DNA from: Candidatus Thorarchaeota archaeon
Lineage (GTDB): Archaea; Asgardarchaeota; Thorarchaeia; Thorarchaeales; Thorarchaeaceae
Length of the DNA stretch: 14,988 nt
Direction: 5' to 3'
NCBI GenBank assembly: GCA_016839605.1
Contig: JAEOTX010000132.1
Coordinates: 1 to 14,988, forward strand
The position numbers and the translations under genes were made by a program. The notes beneath the pieces were generated by a model. It made no database searches, was not told the origin of the DNA, and worked only from the letters and a program-made list of their open reading frames with translations. Numbering within the stretch: the first letter of the stretch is position 1; every line of letters begins with the position of its first letter. Shown piece by piece: positions 1-7,700 of the stretch.

Positions 1-1231
1 AAAACGCTTCGACCAGAAACTGGCCCCATTTTTCACTACATCTCTTCTTTGCCAAGGCCAAGGCAGAGCCTATGTGAGCCACATCAGACTTTTTTGACAT
101 CCGTTCTGTCACATTCCCAATCAAGAATTCAATTGCATTGTGCATTTCGTCCAAATCCAATGTTGACATACTATCATTAATCTCACATTGTATATTGAGT
201 GGGCTGATTATCCTGACTCTTACTGTCCAAGGGTTCAATTTGACTCCGGTTTCCAAGGTAGATGTGAAGAATTCGTTCATTCTTGCAGAGCCAAGAATGG
301 ACTTGCCAAGCTGCAACAACTCATTCAATACACACTCATTTGCCAGTAGCAGTCGCCGCTCAGTAGAGATTCTCTGAACATATCCTCTGTTCACGAGGTC
401 ACCAAGTTCCAGAGGTATACTCCCTTCTCCAGTCAATTGAAACATCTCCAGAAATGCAGACAAGGGGCTGCGCCCGTCGAACGCACCAATGACTTTCATA
501 GTAGGGGTAGATATTCCCAATGGATTTTCTCGACTCAAGAGGGGTGATAGTGATCCCTCCGAAAGAGATAGTATATCATTGCCCGTGGGAACATATACTA
601 CTCGGATGGCATTATGCCAAAAAGCAAGTGCCACAACATCCTTGACTTCAGTGAGGGTCATGCGCTGTTTCTTTGCAATCATGTCAATAGTATGCCCACT
701 CTTGATCCGCATCAGGAACTTCATCACATGCATCAAAACTTCAGATGATTCAATAGGCAGCATTACCGATTCCCAGTCTGCGTTTCTAATGACAACTGAC
801 TTCTCAGATAATCTATCAAGTACTATGACACGCATGACGAATCTGTCGAAATCGGAGAGAGCCAATGCATCTATTCTGTCAAAGCTTCTGAAACTTCGGT
901 AATTCTCCTCAAATTCGCGGACTATTCGGCGGAGTTTGCTTCTGACCTCATTGGTCTCTCTTGATATCGCCATCACGCCTATAGCCCATTCCCCGCCTTC
1001 CACCAGAAGAACGATGTCCTCACCATACTCGGTCTTCCATTGAGTCTGTTCTCCCCCGGCCAATGTTCCAATGAAACTTGTCATCGCAGAAACAAAACCA
1101 GATAGGAGCTGTGGATCTAGACCGCCTGGAATGAACTCGTGAGAATACAAAGCCGCGCTGGTTTCCCGGTGAAGAATAAAGAGGACTTTCTCATTAGACA
1201 GCTCTTCATCATAGGTTATGGGGGAGGTCAT
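1..1231 (-). CDS. Longin-domain protein (about 410 aa, runs off the window start), Asgard-type, with probable C-terminal helical/winged-helix domains
   Basis: Not in the ORF track because it has no stop in the window. Manual translation from the ATG at 1231 gives MTSPITYDEELSNEKVLFILHRETSAALYSHEFIPGGLDPQLLSGFVSAMTSFIGTLAGG...EVRSKLRRIVREFEENY, open to base 2. The 'LFILHR..LYSHEF..DPQLLSGFVSAMTSF' pattern is typical of longin beta1-beta2-alpha1. A TATA-like TATAAA lies about 25-30 nt upstream on the minus strand. Confidence 0.8.
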   Translation of the reverse strand, partial: MTSPITYDEELSNEKVLFILHRETSAALYSHEFIPGGLDPQLLSGFVSAMTSFIGTLAGGEQTQWKTEYGEDIVLLVEGGEWAIGVMAISRETNEVRSKLRRIVREFEENYRSFRSFDRIDALALSDFDRFVMRVIVLDRLSEKSVVIRNADWESVMLPIESSEVLMHVMKFLMRIKSGHTIDMIAKKQRMTLTEVKDVVALAFWHNAIRVVYVPTGNDILSLSEGSLSPLLSRENPLGISTPTMKVIGAFDGRSPLSAFLEMFQLTGEGSIPLELGDLVNRGYVQRISTERRLLLANECVLNELLQLGKSILGSARMNEFFTSTLETGVKLNPWTVRVRIISPLNIQCEINDSMSTLDLDEMHNAIEFLIGNVTERMSKKSDVAHIGSALALAKKRCSEKWGQFLVEAF

Positions 1232-1407
1232 CTCACGTGATGAGCAGCAACCATTGTTTATACAAGTTGTTCATACCAATCACAAAAGCAGACACTATTT
1301 CACATCTTGAGTCAATGAATATTCTAGCAGGACTCTGTGCAAAATTGACAAATCAGATAATACGACAGATTGAACTGGCTCTATGTTGGAGTTCAGATGA
1401 AAGCGAT

Positions 1408-2226
1408 ATGAGAGTCAGCTCGGTCGAAGCCAAGAGTATCATTACGAAGAGCAATATTCCCGGAATTGACTATGTGATCAATCCATATATCGGATGTCAG
1501 CATGCTTGCCTCTATTGCTATGCGGAATTCATGAAGCGGTTCACTGGTCATGGTGGAGAGACCTGGGGAGAGTTCCTTGATGTAAAACAGTTTGGACTGG
1601 ATAAAATCAAGCCGGAGAAGTATGATGGAAAAACGATTCTTCTGAGCTCTGTCACAGACCCATACACGCCTTTGGAAGCTAAATATGAGAATACTAGAAG
1701 AGTATTGGAGCGTCTCATAGGTACGAAGGCGAAGATAGAGATACTAACCAAATCCCGTCTTGTAGAACGTGATATTGACTTGTTCAAGCAAATTGCACAC
1801 ATTCAGGTTGGTGTGTCTCTAAGCACTCTGAATGAGCAATTTGCCAAGAAGATCGAACCACGGGCATCTAATCCACACGACCGATTGCGCGCTTTGAAGA
1901 AGGTTGCAGATAGCGGCATTTCGACCTATGTCTTTCTGTCACCTATATTTCCCAAGATAACAGACTGGAGAGAGATAATTAGAGCCTCCGAATCTATCAC
2001 GAACGAATTTCACTTTGAGAACCTCAATTTCCGGGGTCATAATATAACTCGCATCATGGGCTTGATTGCAGAACAGTATCCAGAATTGGTGGAATACTAT
2101 GATCAAGTAAGGAAAGATACCACACTGTGGGATGTAATAGAGGAAGAAATCAAAGATCATTGCACGGGTCTGAACCTGCATTGCAAAATCGAGTTTCATC
2201 ACGGTGGCTTCACTAGAAGCAAGTGA
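1408..2226 (+). CDS. Radical SAM protein, spore-photoproduct-lyase-like (SplB-related) family
   Basis: 'INPYIGCQHACLYCYA' carries the CxxxCxxC motif, followed by 'SSVTDPY', 'ILTKS', 'RDIDL' and 'IEPRAS', typical of this family. The start is placed at the ATG at 1408 (MRVSSVEAKSII) because the extension from 1237 has no family-like sequence and overlaps the divergent promoter. Confidence 0.88.
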   Translation: MRVSSVEAKSIITKSNIPGIDYVINPYIGCQHACLYCYAEFMKRFTGHGGETWGEFLDVKQFGLDKIKPEKYDGKTILLSSVTDPYTPLEAKYENTRRVLERLIGTKAKIEILTKSRLVERDIDLFKQIAHIQVGVSLSTLNEQFAKKIEPRASNPHDRLRALKKVADSGISTYVFLSPIFPKITDWREIIRASESITNEFHFENLNFRGHNITRIMGLIAEQYPELVEYYDQVRKDTTLWDVIEEEIKDHCTGLNLHCKIEFHHGGFTRSK

Positions 2227-2266
2227 AAAGACTGGAATCTTTCAACGAATACGGGGTATCAATCTT

Positions 2267-2401
2267 CTAGTTCGCTTCTTTATGCCATCTATTGTTGTAC
2301 AGCACCTCTCCTAAAAGCCCTTGAGTCATTGGATTATCTGGGCTCTCCTTAGCCTGTCTCATGGCATCTTCGACTGAGAATCTATCTTCAAACTTCATCA
2401 T
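2267..2401 (-). pseudogene. Short ORF or truncated TPR-like fragment (44 aa, MMKFEDRFSVEDAMRQAKESPDNPMTQGLLGEVLYNNRWHKEAN)
   Basis: GAGGTG Shine-Dalgarno-like motif directly upstream. 'PDNP....LG.VLY.....EA' resembles a TPR turn plus helix A. The ORF stops early. Confidence 0.35.
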
Positions 2402-2545
2402 GCACCTCATATTCCCTAAGCATTGATGCATGCACTCAGATGTTAGCCTAGTAGCTCAAGAAGACGCGCCCACGCAGAGAGGGCAAATTGCGCTAAATCT
2501 ATATTAGAAATGGAGATTGTATGAGTATCTAGCTTTGGTGGAATC

Positions 2546-2884
2546 GTGTTGACGGGTTGGTGGTCAAGTACCCCAAGAGGTGTAGGAATTCTCGCAGATT
2601 TAGAGATTCTAGTAGGTATTGCGTATATCTTCCTAGGCGTAGTTTTCCTATTCTCCTTCTTAATTTCTGGCGTAAGTGTAATAGCTCTTGGCCTGATTCT
2701 GATATATATGGGATGGGCACTTGCCAGACTGGAAATTTGGGCATGGTGGGGTAGTCTATTGCTCAATGGGGTGATATGTGTGGGCAATATCATATTTGCC
2801 GGGGAATATCTTCTCATCATCCTATCTATCGCGATTATTGTCTATCTCCTGACTCCAGGAGTTCGTAACCGGTTCTTTCAATAA
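2546..2884 (+). CDS. Small integral membrane protein (about 4 TM helices)
   Basis: Four hydrophobic stretches and a C-terminal 'YLLTPGVRNRFF' motif of the kind common in small archaeal membrane proteins. GGTGG lies upstream of the GTG start. Confidence 0.75.
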   Translation: MLTGWWSSTPRGVGILADLEILVGIAYIFLGVVFLFSFLISGVSVIALGLILIYMGWALARLEIWAWWGSLLLNGVICVGNIIFAGEYLLIILSIAIIVYLLTPGVRNRFFQ

Positions 2885-2889
2885 TGAAA

Positions 2890-2915
2890 TGGGGCCCGAA
2901 GGGGGAATCGAACCC
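2890..2915 (-). pseudogene. 3' fragment of a disrupted tRNA-His (T-loop, acceptor 3' strand, C73, CCA)
   Basis: The minus strand reads GGGTTCGATTCCCCCTTCGGGCCCCA, 22/26 identical to the 3' end of the spliced tRNA-His at 7411-7515. Its acceptor strand TTCGGGC pairs with GCCCGAG of the 5' half at 14916-14922. Confidence 0.85.
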
Positions 2916-2980
2916 AGCGTTCATGGCATCTTTCGATTGATGTCATTGTATTTTGAAGGAGGTTTTTTTAAAATGAAATC

Positions 2981-3394
2981 ATGGAGGAGCTCAGAGAGAG
3001 TTTCCCTCTCGCCGCAAGTAGCATGGATGAACACTTGAAGAAGGTGCAGGAAAGAAGAGGCTTGGTGATGAGCATGGTGTCCAAGACCTTTCGTGATGAG
3101 GTGATGTCTAAACTGGATGATTTGGGAGTATTGGATGCGCTTGTTTATGAGAGATGGATAGAGGGAAGCAATGTCCCGTTTCCAAGAAACACTGAGGCGA
3201 TCAACATATTTCGAAACTCATTTGGTGATGACGAGCCTGTCAACGGGAAGCCCAGGAGTCCAACAAATGAAGCTGTGTCCAAGGAGATAGATGAGCAACT
3301 GGGTCGAATTCGAAAGGCCGCCGCCAATCTCATCATAGGGAAGGATGATCTAGTCAAGGAATTGATGACAAATAGAACTCAGCTATCACTCTAG
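2981..3394 (+). CDS. Hypothetical protein (helical, possibly a fragment)
   Basis: 137-aa ORF with protein-like composition and GGAGG upstream. No motif recognised. Confidence 0.6.
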   Translation: MEELRESFPLAASSMDEHLKKVQERRGLVMSMVSKTFRDEVMSKLDDLGVLDALVYERWIEGSNVPFPRNTEAINIFRNSFGDDEPVNGKPRSPTNEAVSKEIDEQLGRIRKAAANLIIGKDDLVKELMTNRTQLSL

Positions 3395-3655
3395 TCACAC
3401 CAACAGATGTATTGTCGGTGAAGCTGCCTTATTCATAGCGGGTGCAGTTTCGTTTTGGACATGTTCATAAATCGCTTAATCTCCAATACTCCAATATGGT
3501 CACCACCCCCTATTTTTCTTCTACGAGAATCTAGCAGGGCAATTGAATTGTCTTCTACCCATCAATTATTGTAGTCAAAGTCATTTTGTGAAGACTGAAA
3601 TTCTCCACAAACCTCATTATCGAGATATCATACGGTATAGAGAAGGGAAGCTTCC

Positions 3656-4129
3656 GTGAATCATCTATTTGAAGAAACAAGCATCAGGAGTAGTCCAAGA
3701 GTCGGCTCCCTATCCAAAGTGGCTATAATTGTACTGATTGCATTCATATTGTCCTCTGTATTTATCTTCTCACGTCCGACTGACAATGGTTCATTCGATG
3801 GCACCTTTACACATCAGTTCGACATATGGATGGAACCAAGAGACCACGAGTTCGTCATTCAAGTATCCTTCTACGAAACACGTTTTGATGCTGAGGAATC
3901 TGAGAATCGTCTGATTGCCGCGGGAGAGGTGATTACTCCCAACACCGATCATCAGACAATGTATCTGTATGATATACCCCTCTCATTGAACGGAGTGTGG
4001 ATCTCTATCTTCTGCAGATATGATACTGGGATTGTAACGGATACTGTGATTGACCAACTGCCCCTATCTGCTTCGAAGGTCATCATTGTTGATACTTTTG
4101 AGTTGACTCTCAGACTCACACTGTTCTGA
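3656..4129 (+). CDS. Membrane-anchored hypothetical protein (N-terminal TM, beta-rich exported domain)
   Basis: Hydrophobic segment VAIIVLIAFILSSVFIF followed by an acidic beta-strand-like region. Confidence 0.7.
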   Translation: MNHLFEETSIRSSPRVGSLSKVAIIVLIAFILSSVFIFSRPTDNGSFDGTFTHQFDIWMEPRDHEFVIQVSFYETRFDAEESENRLIAAGEVITPNTDHQTMYLYDIPLSLNGVWISIFCRYDTGIVTDTVIDQLPLSASKVIIVDTFELTLRLTLF

Positions 4130-4364
4130 TGAATGAGCAAAGCAGTTCCCAATAATGAAGAGAAGATGAATCGATATACACAGCAATTCCCATTGCCAAT
4201 GCCGATGATAGTAGTAGGAAGCACAATAAAGTGACGCACTTTCGTCGGAAGCTGTGAAACGCCTCGTAACCAGCGGGATGTGCTCAAGAGTTTGCTTTGT
4301 GTGGTTTGCCAATCCGTCCTCTGGAATTGAGTGCTTCTTCACTTAGAAGTTCATTATTAAAGTT

Positions 4365-4817
4365 CTAAGCCCATGGTGAGGCGGTTTCCTCAACTCGTTT
4401 GGGTGCGAAAAACAGAGCAAGAATCCCAGTGACTGTTGTAGGACTGCATAGGTGTGGTGTTTCTGAGATAGGACATGGAAATCCTAGCCACACAACAAGC
4501 AAATGAACCATCTGTAAGGCCAATACAATCTCCACATATCTCATTCTGGTCATATTCTGATCCGTGGTACTGTGCCATGCGAACCAAGCGATGGCTAATC
4601 CGGGTGCGTAGAAAGGAATCATGAGCAGGGTGTAGAGAATGTCAACGACAACTGGTGATGGATAGATGGGATTTCCCGGAGCATATGTCCATAGAGCAGC
4701 GTAGATGCCTGTAACGTGCATTGGTGTGAATCTGGTTACTATAATGACCTTGAATGGTGTTGCGAGGGTCCATGTTGTTAGAAATCCTGCTACTCGTCTA
4801 GGAGACCACCATGGCAT
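4365..4817 (-). CDS. Integral membrane hypothetical protein
   Basis: Strong GAGGTGA Shine-Dalgarno motif upstream of the ATG; 3-4 hydrophobic segments. Confidence 0.7.
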   Translation of the reverse strand: MPWWSPRRVAGFLTTWTLATPFKVIIVTRFTPMHVTGIYAALWTYAPGNPIYPSPVVVDILYTLLMIPFYAPGLAIAWFAWHSTTDQNMTRMRYVEIVLALQMVHLLVVWLGFPCPISETPHLCSPTTVTGILALFFAPKRVEETASPWA

Positions 4818-4886
4818 TATTACATCACCTCATAAGAAGCCTGGACTTGTATGACTTTCCAAATATTTTTGCACTCATCCAGCTTT

Positions 4887-5855
4887 TCAGAGTTCCGTAT
4901 CGCTAGGACTCTGTTCAAACAGACAATAGCCTGAGCTTAAGACTTTGCAGGTTTTCCTAGATTTCCGTTTGTGTTGAGCTTTGTGGGGCTTCTTTGATGT
5001 CCCTCCAGATCGCTGTGTTTTGTACAATGCTATATACAGTACACCGAATGCTCCAAGAGCTGCAAATCCCACGACGTTCGATGGCCCAGTGGATGGTCGA
5101 GCAATTGGGGGACCAAGATCGATGTTCGTGTCCACCAGTGAGATATCCCCTACCGCATAAGAGATGTTACCCAGTCCCAGCAGAACCAAGTCTGCGACAC
5201 CACCATTAGCTCTCAGAAGAACTCTTGCGTCCTTGTCGTACATCCTATGATGTGTCACATTTCCGTCTACGATGTGTAGGAATTTACATGCATATTGTAA
5301 GCCCTCCTGCTGTTCTTCCATCACAATTCCCTGGTACTCGTCATCAACAAGTTCCGCGGTGGCATTGAAATCAGCAATTGCAGATATTATCGACTCTCCA
5401 TCATCCCACTCGCCTAAAAAAAGACGAAGAATACCTGTCTGGCCTACAAGAGTGCCGCTTTCTATCACACATCTTCCCGATTTCATTGAGTAGTAGACGA
5501 GTTGGGAATGGTTCCAATTGTATCCAAGAGAAGTGTTACCATTGTAGCGTATTAGAACCCTAGCATCATCGGAGTCTACCCAGTCAAGAAACTCAAGCCG
5601 AATCAGTATCTCACTTTTCACTGCATGCCCTTCTTCATCCTCGTGAAGGACTTTGCCAGGTACGGACTGAATCAGGCCGTCATTAATAGTATAGTTCCAG
5701 AGCACAATGATAATGCTACTCAGAAGATACTCTAGATACAACCCCTCAATCTGATCCGATATTTGAAAGGGGAAGCAGCTATGGAGTGCAGAGTGAACTT
5801 GGGTCGTACACATATTTGCAAGCAGCAATGTGCTTATGATGATGACGAGCCTCAT
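4887..5855 (-). CDS. Secreted or cell-surface protein with signal peptide, C-terminal TM anchor and basic tail
   Basis: Start placed at MRLVIIISTLLLANM (ATG 5855), which removes the overlap with the upstream gene. The C-terminal VVGFAALGAFGVLYIALY is followed by a K/R-rich tail. Confidence 0.7.
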   Translation of the reverse strand: MRLVIIISTLLLANMCTTQVHSALHSCFPFQISDQIEGLYLEYLLSSIIIVLWNYTINDGLIQSVPGKVLHEDEEGHAVKSEILIRLEFLDWVDSDDARVLIRYNGNTSLGYNWNHSQLVYYSMKSGRCVIESGTLVGQTGILRLFLGEWDDGESIISAIADFNATAELVDDEYQGIVMEEQQEGLQYACKFLHIVDGNVTHHRMYDKDARVLLRANGGVADLVLLGLGNISYAVGDISLVDTNIDLGPPIARPSTGPSNVVGFAALGAFGVLYIALYKTQRSGGTSKKPHKAQHKRKSRKTCKVLSSGYCLFEQSPSDTEL

Positions 5856-5947
5856 TCTGTGGCCACTGCGTTTGACGGAGAAACCAATCCCGAACCCACG
5901 TTTGGCTAAACGATTTCTCGGCATTCCAAGCTGCCTCCAAACACACA

Positions 5948-6421
5948 TCAGAGCTCGTACCCGTCTGTGAAGGTGAAGCTTCCGCCGCCTGTGTGTGTTA
6001 CAGTTGTCTTCAGTTTTGGAAACTGTGTTCGAATTCTGAAGATGAACCACCATTCTATACATTCGAACTGAGCCCATGCGATGCGCTGGTCAGCATTAAC
6101 ATACGTTACTCCACTATCATGATCCCAGACAGTGTAGACCCCCTCAGCACCTCCGTAGTCAGTCGAATATTCGACATCATCAAGATCATCACCATCGCTA
6201 TAGGCAGTAGTTGTGATTTTTATCCAGGCGGGATGATCCCAGCCTGTATATAACTTATCTACGTCCCAGTCGTAAGGGTGCGGGTCTGATTCATACGTGT
6301 AGGCATTCACCGTCGGGATATATACTAGACCAACCAGAAAGGCTGCGAAGGCAAGACTCAACATGAGGGAATTGCGATGCGCCTCCCATCTGCTCATCCT
6401 TGGTTTTTCGTTCTTATTCAT
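5948..6421 (-). CDS. Small secreted protein (signal peptide, acidic/aromatic mature domain)
   Basis: AGGAG upstream. The hydrophobic signal LMLSLAFAAFLVGLVYIPTVNA is followed by a D/Y/W/T-rich domain. Confidence 0.75.
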   Translation of the reverse strand: MNKNEKPRMSRWEAHRNSLMLSLAFAAFLVGLVYIPTVNAYTYESDPHPYDWDVDKLYTGWDHPAWIKITTTAYSDGDDLDDVEYSTDYGGAEGVYTVWDHDSGVTYVNADQRIAWAQFECIEWWFIFRIRTQFPKLKTTVTHTGGGSFTFTDGYEL

Positions 6422-6712
6422 TTACATCTCTCCTTGTAGATTGTTCACGCAGCCATGAGATCTACGAGAGTCAACTTGCTCGCAGATTACGTCGCTGCGC
6501 GCTCCTCGGTCACCATTTGACTCAAGAATCAAAGGAACCTTGGATACTTACATAGCGCCGGTCGTACAATATATTGCCATTAATCAACTTTCCGACACTA
6601 TATTAGTACTCTTCGGTGGGAGGTGATGCTATTTAAACATATCGTATGACGATAAGTTTGACAAAGATTATTAGGGGCAGAAGACCCACAAATTCCAATT
6701 CGGAGTACTACG

Positions 6713-7039
6713 GTGAACATGATGACCGATCACAGACTGAGTTGGTTGGAGCAGCCAGGTGCACCACTCTTGCTCCTGAAACTTCTGGAACGAGATGAGT
6801 TCATCACAAGACTCCTCAGAAGTGCGGTCAATCCCGGTGGAGTGGCAACCCAGGACGGACTCAGAACGCTCAGAAACTTGCTTGGGAGTGAGAGGGGAGT
6901 TGGCCTCATTGATGAAGAGGAACGAAAAGGAGCGGGGCCCAGACCACGCCTGTACGTCTTTCTCACTCCATTGGGTCGGCAAGTAGCTGAACTACTAAAG
7001 CAGATCACTGATACCCTCGCAGAGAATGCTCAGGCTTAG
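6713..7039 (+). CDS. Winged-helix (MarR/HxlR/PadR-like) transcriptional regulator
   Basis: 'GLIDEEERKGAGPRPRLYVFLTPLGRQVAELL' is a classic wHTH wing with the LT..G motif. The gene is divergent from the secreted-protein genes. Confidence 0.8.
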   Translation: MNMMTDHRLSWLEQPGAPLLLLKLLERDEFITRLLRSAVNPGGVATQDGLRTLRNLLGSERGVGLIDEEERKGAGPRPRLYVFLTPLGRQVAELLKQITDTLAENAQA

Positions 7040-7269
7040 ATGTTGTACTGCTCCCGCACGGCACGAACAATCTCTGCTTCTTCTTGGAGACCTGCCTTTC
7101 TAAGCTTGACAGTGAACTCGGAGAGGATGGTCATCACCGGGCACTCCGGGCATTCTATTCGGTGCTCTCCGTACTTCTCCATGAGATCGTTCAGAATGTC
7201 CTCAAATGTCCTGATGAGTGCATCCCGGACAGCGGTCCGCGTGTCGTCACCGTTTCCTGCAGATGTCAT
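7036..7269 (-). CDS. Small hypothetical protein with HxxxCxxC motif (77 aa)
   Basis: MTSAGNGDDTRTAVRDALIRTFEDILNDLMEKYGEHRIECPECPVM..., with a TTTAAA TATA-like box about 25-30 nt upstream. The longer track ORF (to 7497) runs antisense through the tRNA and is rejected. Confidence 0.65.
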   Translation of the reverse strand: MTSAGNGDDTRTAVRDALIRTFEDILNDLMEKYGEHRIECPECPVMTILSEFTVKLRKAGLQEEAEIVRAVREQYNI

Positions 7270-7354
7270 CGCATGTGTGTCCTCGCGTCGGGATTTAAAC
7301 ACCCCCAAGAAGTTGCTACCATCAAGATATTGGACCCGGACACAGTTTGACGGG

Positions 7355-7376
7355 TACGGATAAGCTAATAAGACAA
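7355..7376 (+). promoter_or_regulatory. tRNA-His promoter element (copy 1)
   Basis: TACGGATAAGCTAATAAGACAA, identical to 14959-14980 (minus) and at essentially the same distance (35 vs 36 nt) from G-1 of each tRNA-His. Confidence 0.75.
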
Positions 7377-7410
7377 CGGCGAAAATCGGCTTCTTCGCCA
7401 CAAAAATCAT

Positions 7411-7515
7411 GGCCTGGGTGGTGTAACGGTAGCATAAGGGATTGTGGCTCCCTTGACGCGGGATTACACCTCCTTTTGAGGTGTGACGCGAATTCAATTC
7501 CCGCCCCGGGCCCCA
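7411..7515 (+). tRNA. tRNA-His(GUG) with encoded G-1, C73 and CCA, and a 30-nt intron (7463-7492) at position 53/54
   Basis: Acceptor GCCTGGG/CCCGGGC; anticodon arm AGGGA-TTGTGGC-TCCCT with GTG at 7444-7446; T-arm GCGGG-TTCAATT-CCCGC after splicing. Full hBHBh motif: TTGA/TCAA outer helix, CGCG/CGCG central helix, bulges GG^A and AA^T, inner helix TTACACCTC/GAGGTGTGA. Confidence 0.95.
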
Positions 7516-7530
7516 CTTTCTTCTTCAATT

Positions 7531-7700
7531 TCCCCTGACGCGGGTTCCTGACCCTGTTCTCATAGTGAGCGAACTCTAACCCATGAGCACTTCTATGTTT
7601 CACCCTTCTCATGCCAGGTGTCGCCACCAATTGCGACGTCACTCGCAATCCAGCATGAGCTTTGTCTGACATCATTGGGATGGGATCCCTCCCTCAGACT
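7531..7700 (-). ncRNA. Putative TnpB omega-RNA (reRNA); scaffold about 7548 to >7700, guide 7547->7531
   Basis: Lies downstream of and overlaps the tnpB 3' end, the established omega-RNA position. Nested stems on the minus strand: GTCTGA/TCAGAC; CTCATGCTGG/CTGGCATGAG enclosing ATTGCGA/TCGCAAT and GGTG/CACC; and CTCATGG/CTATGAG enclosing GAG-TTCG-CTC. It ends in GAACCCGCGTCAGGGGA, antisense to tRNA-His. The 5' boundary is unknown. Confidence 0.7.

Noticed and set aside
138-902. Plus-strand ORFs 138-377 and 489-902
   Set aside because: Antisense shadows of the longin-domain gene.
1237-1407. N-terminal extension of the radical SAM ORF
   Set aside because: No family-like sequence; it covers the divergent promoter region.
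2890-2915. Classical attR of an integrase element inserted in the tRNA at 7411
   Set aside because: Opposite orientation, 4 mismatches, no integrase, and it pairs better with the 5' half at 14885-14923.
3952-4342. Minus-strand ORFs 3952-4287 and 4064-4342
   Set aside because: They overlap the convergent gene, have atypical composition and no clear start signals. At most a decayed membrane gene.
7531-7551. C/D-box sRNA guiding tRNA methylation
   Set aside because: The CTGA boxes are on the strand identical to the tRNA, not on the antisense strand.
7516-7700. CRISPR array making the nuclease a Cas12f
   Set aside because: No regularly spaced identical repeats and no cas1/cas2 in the window.
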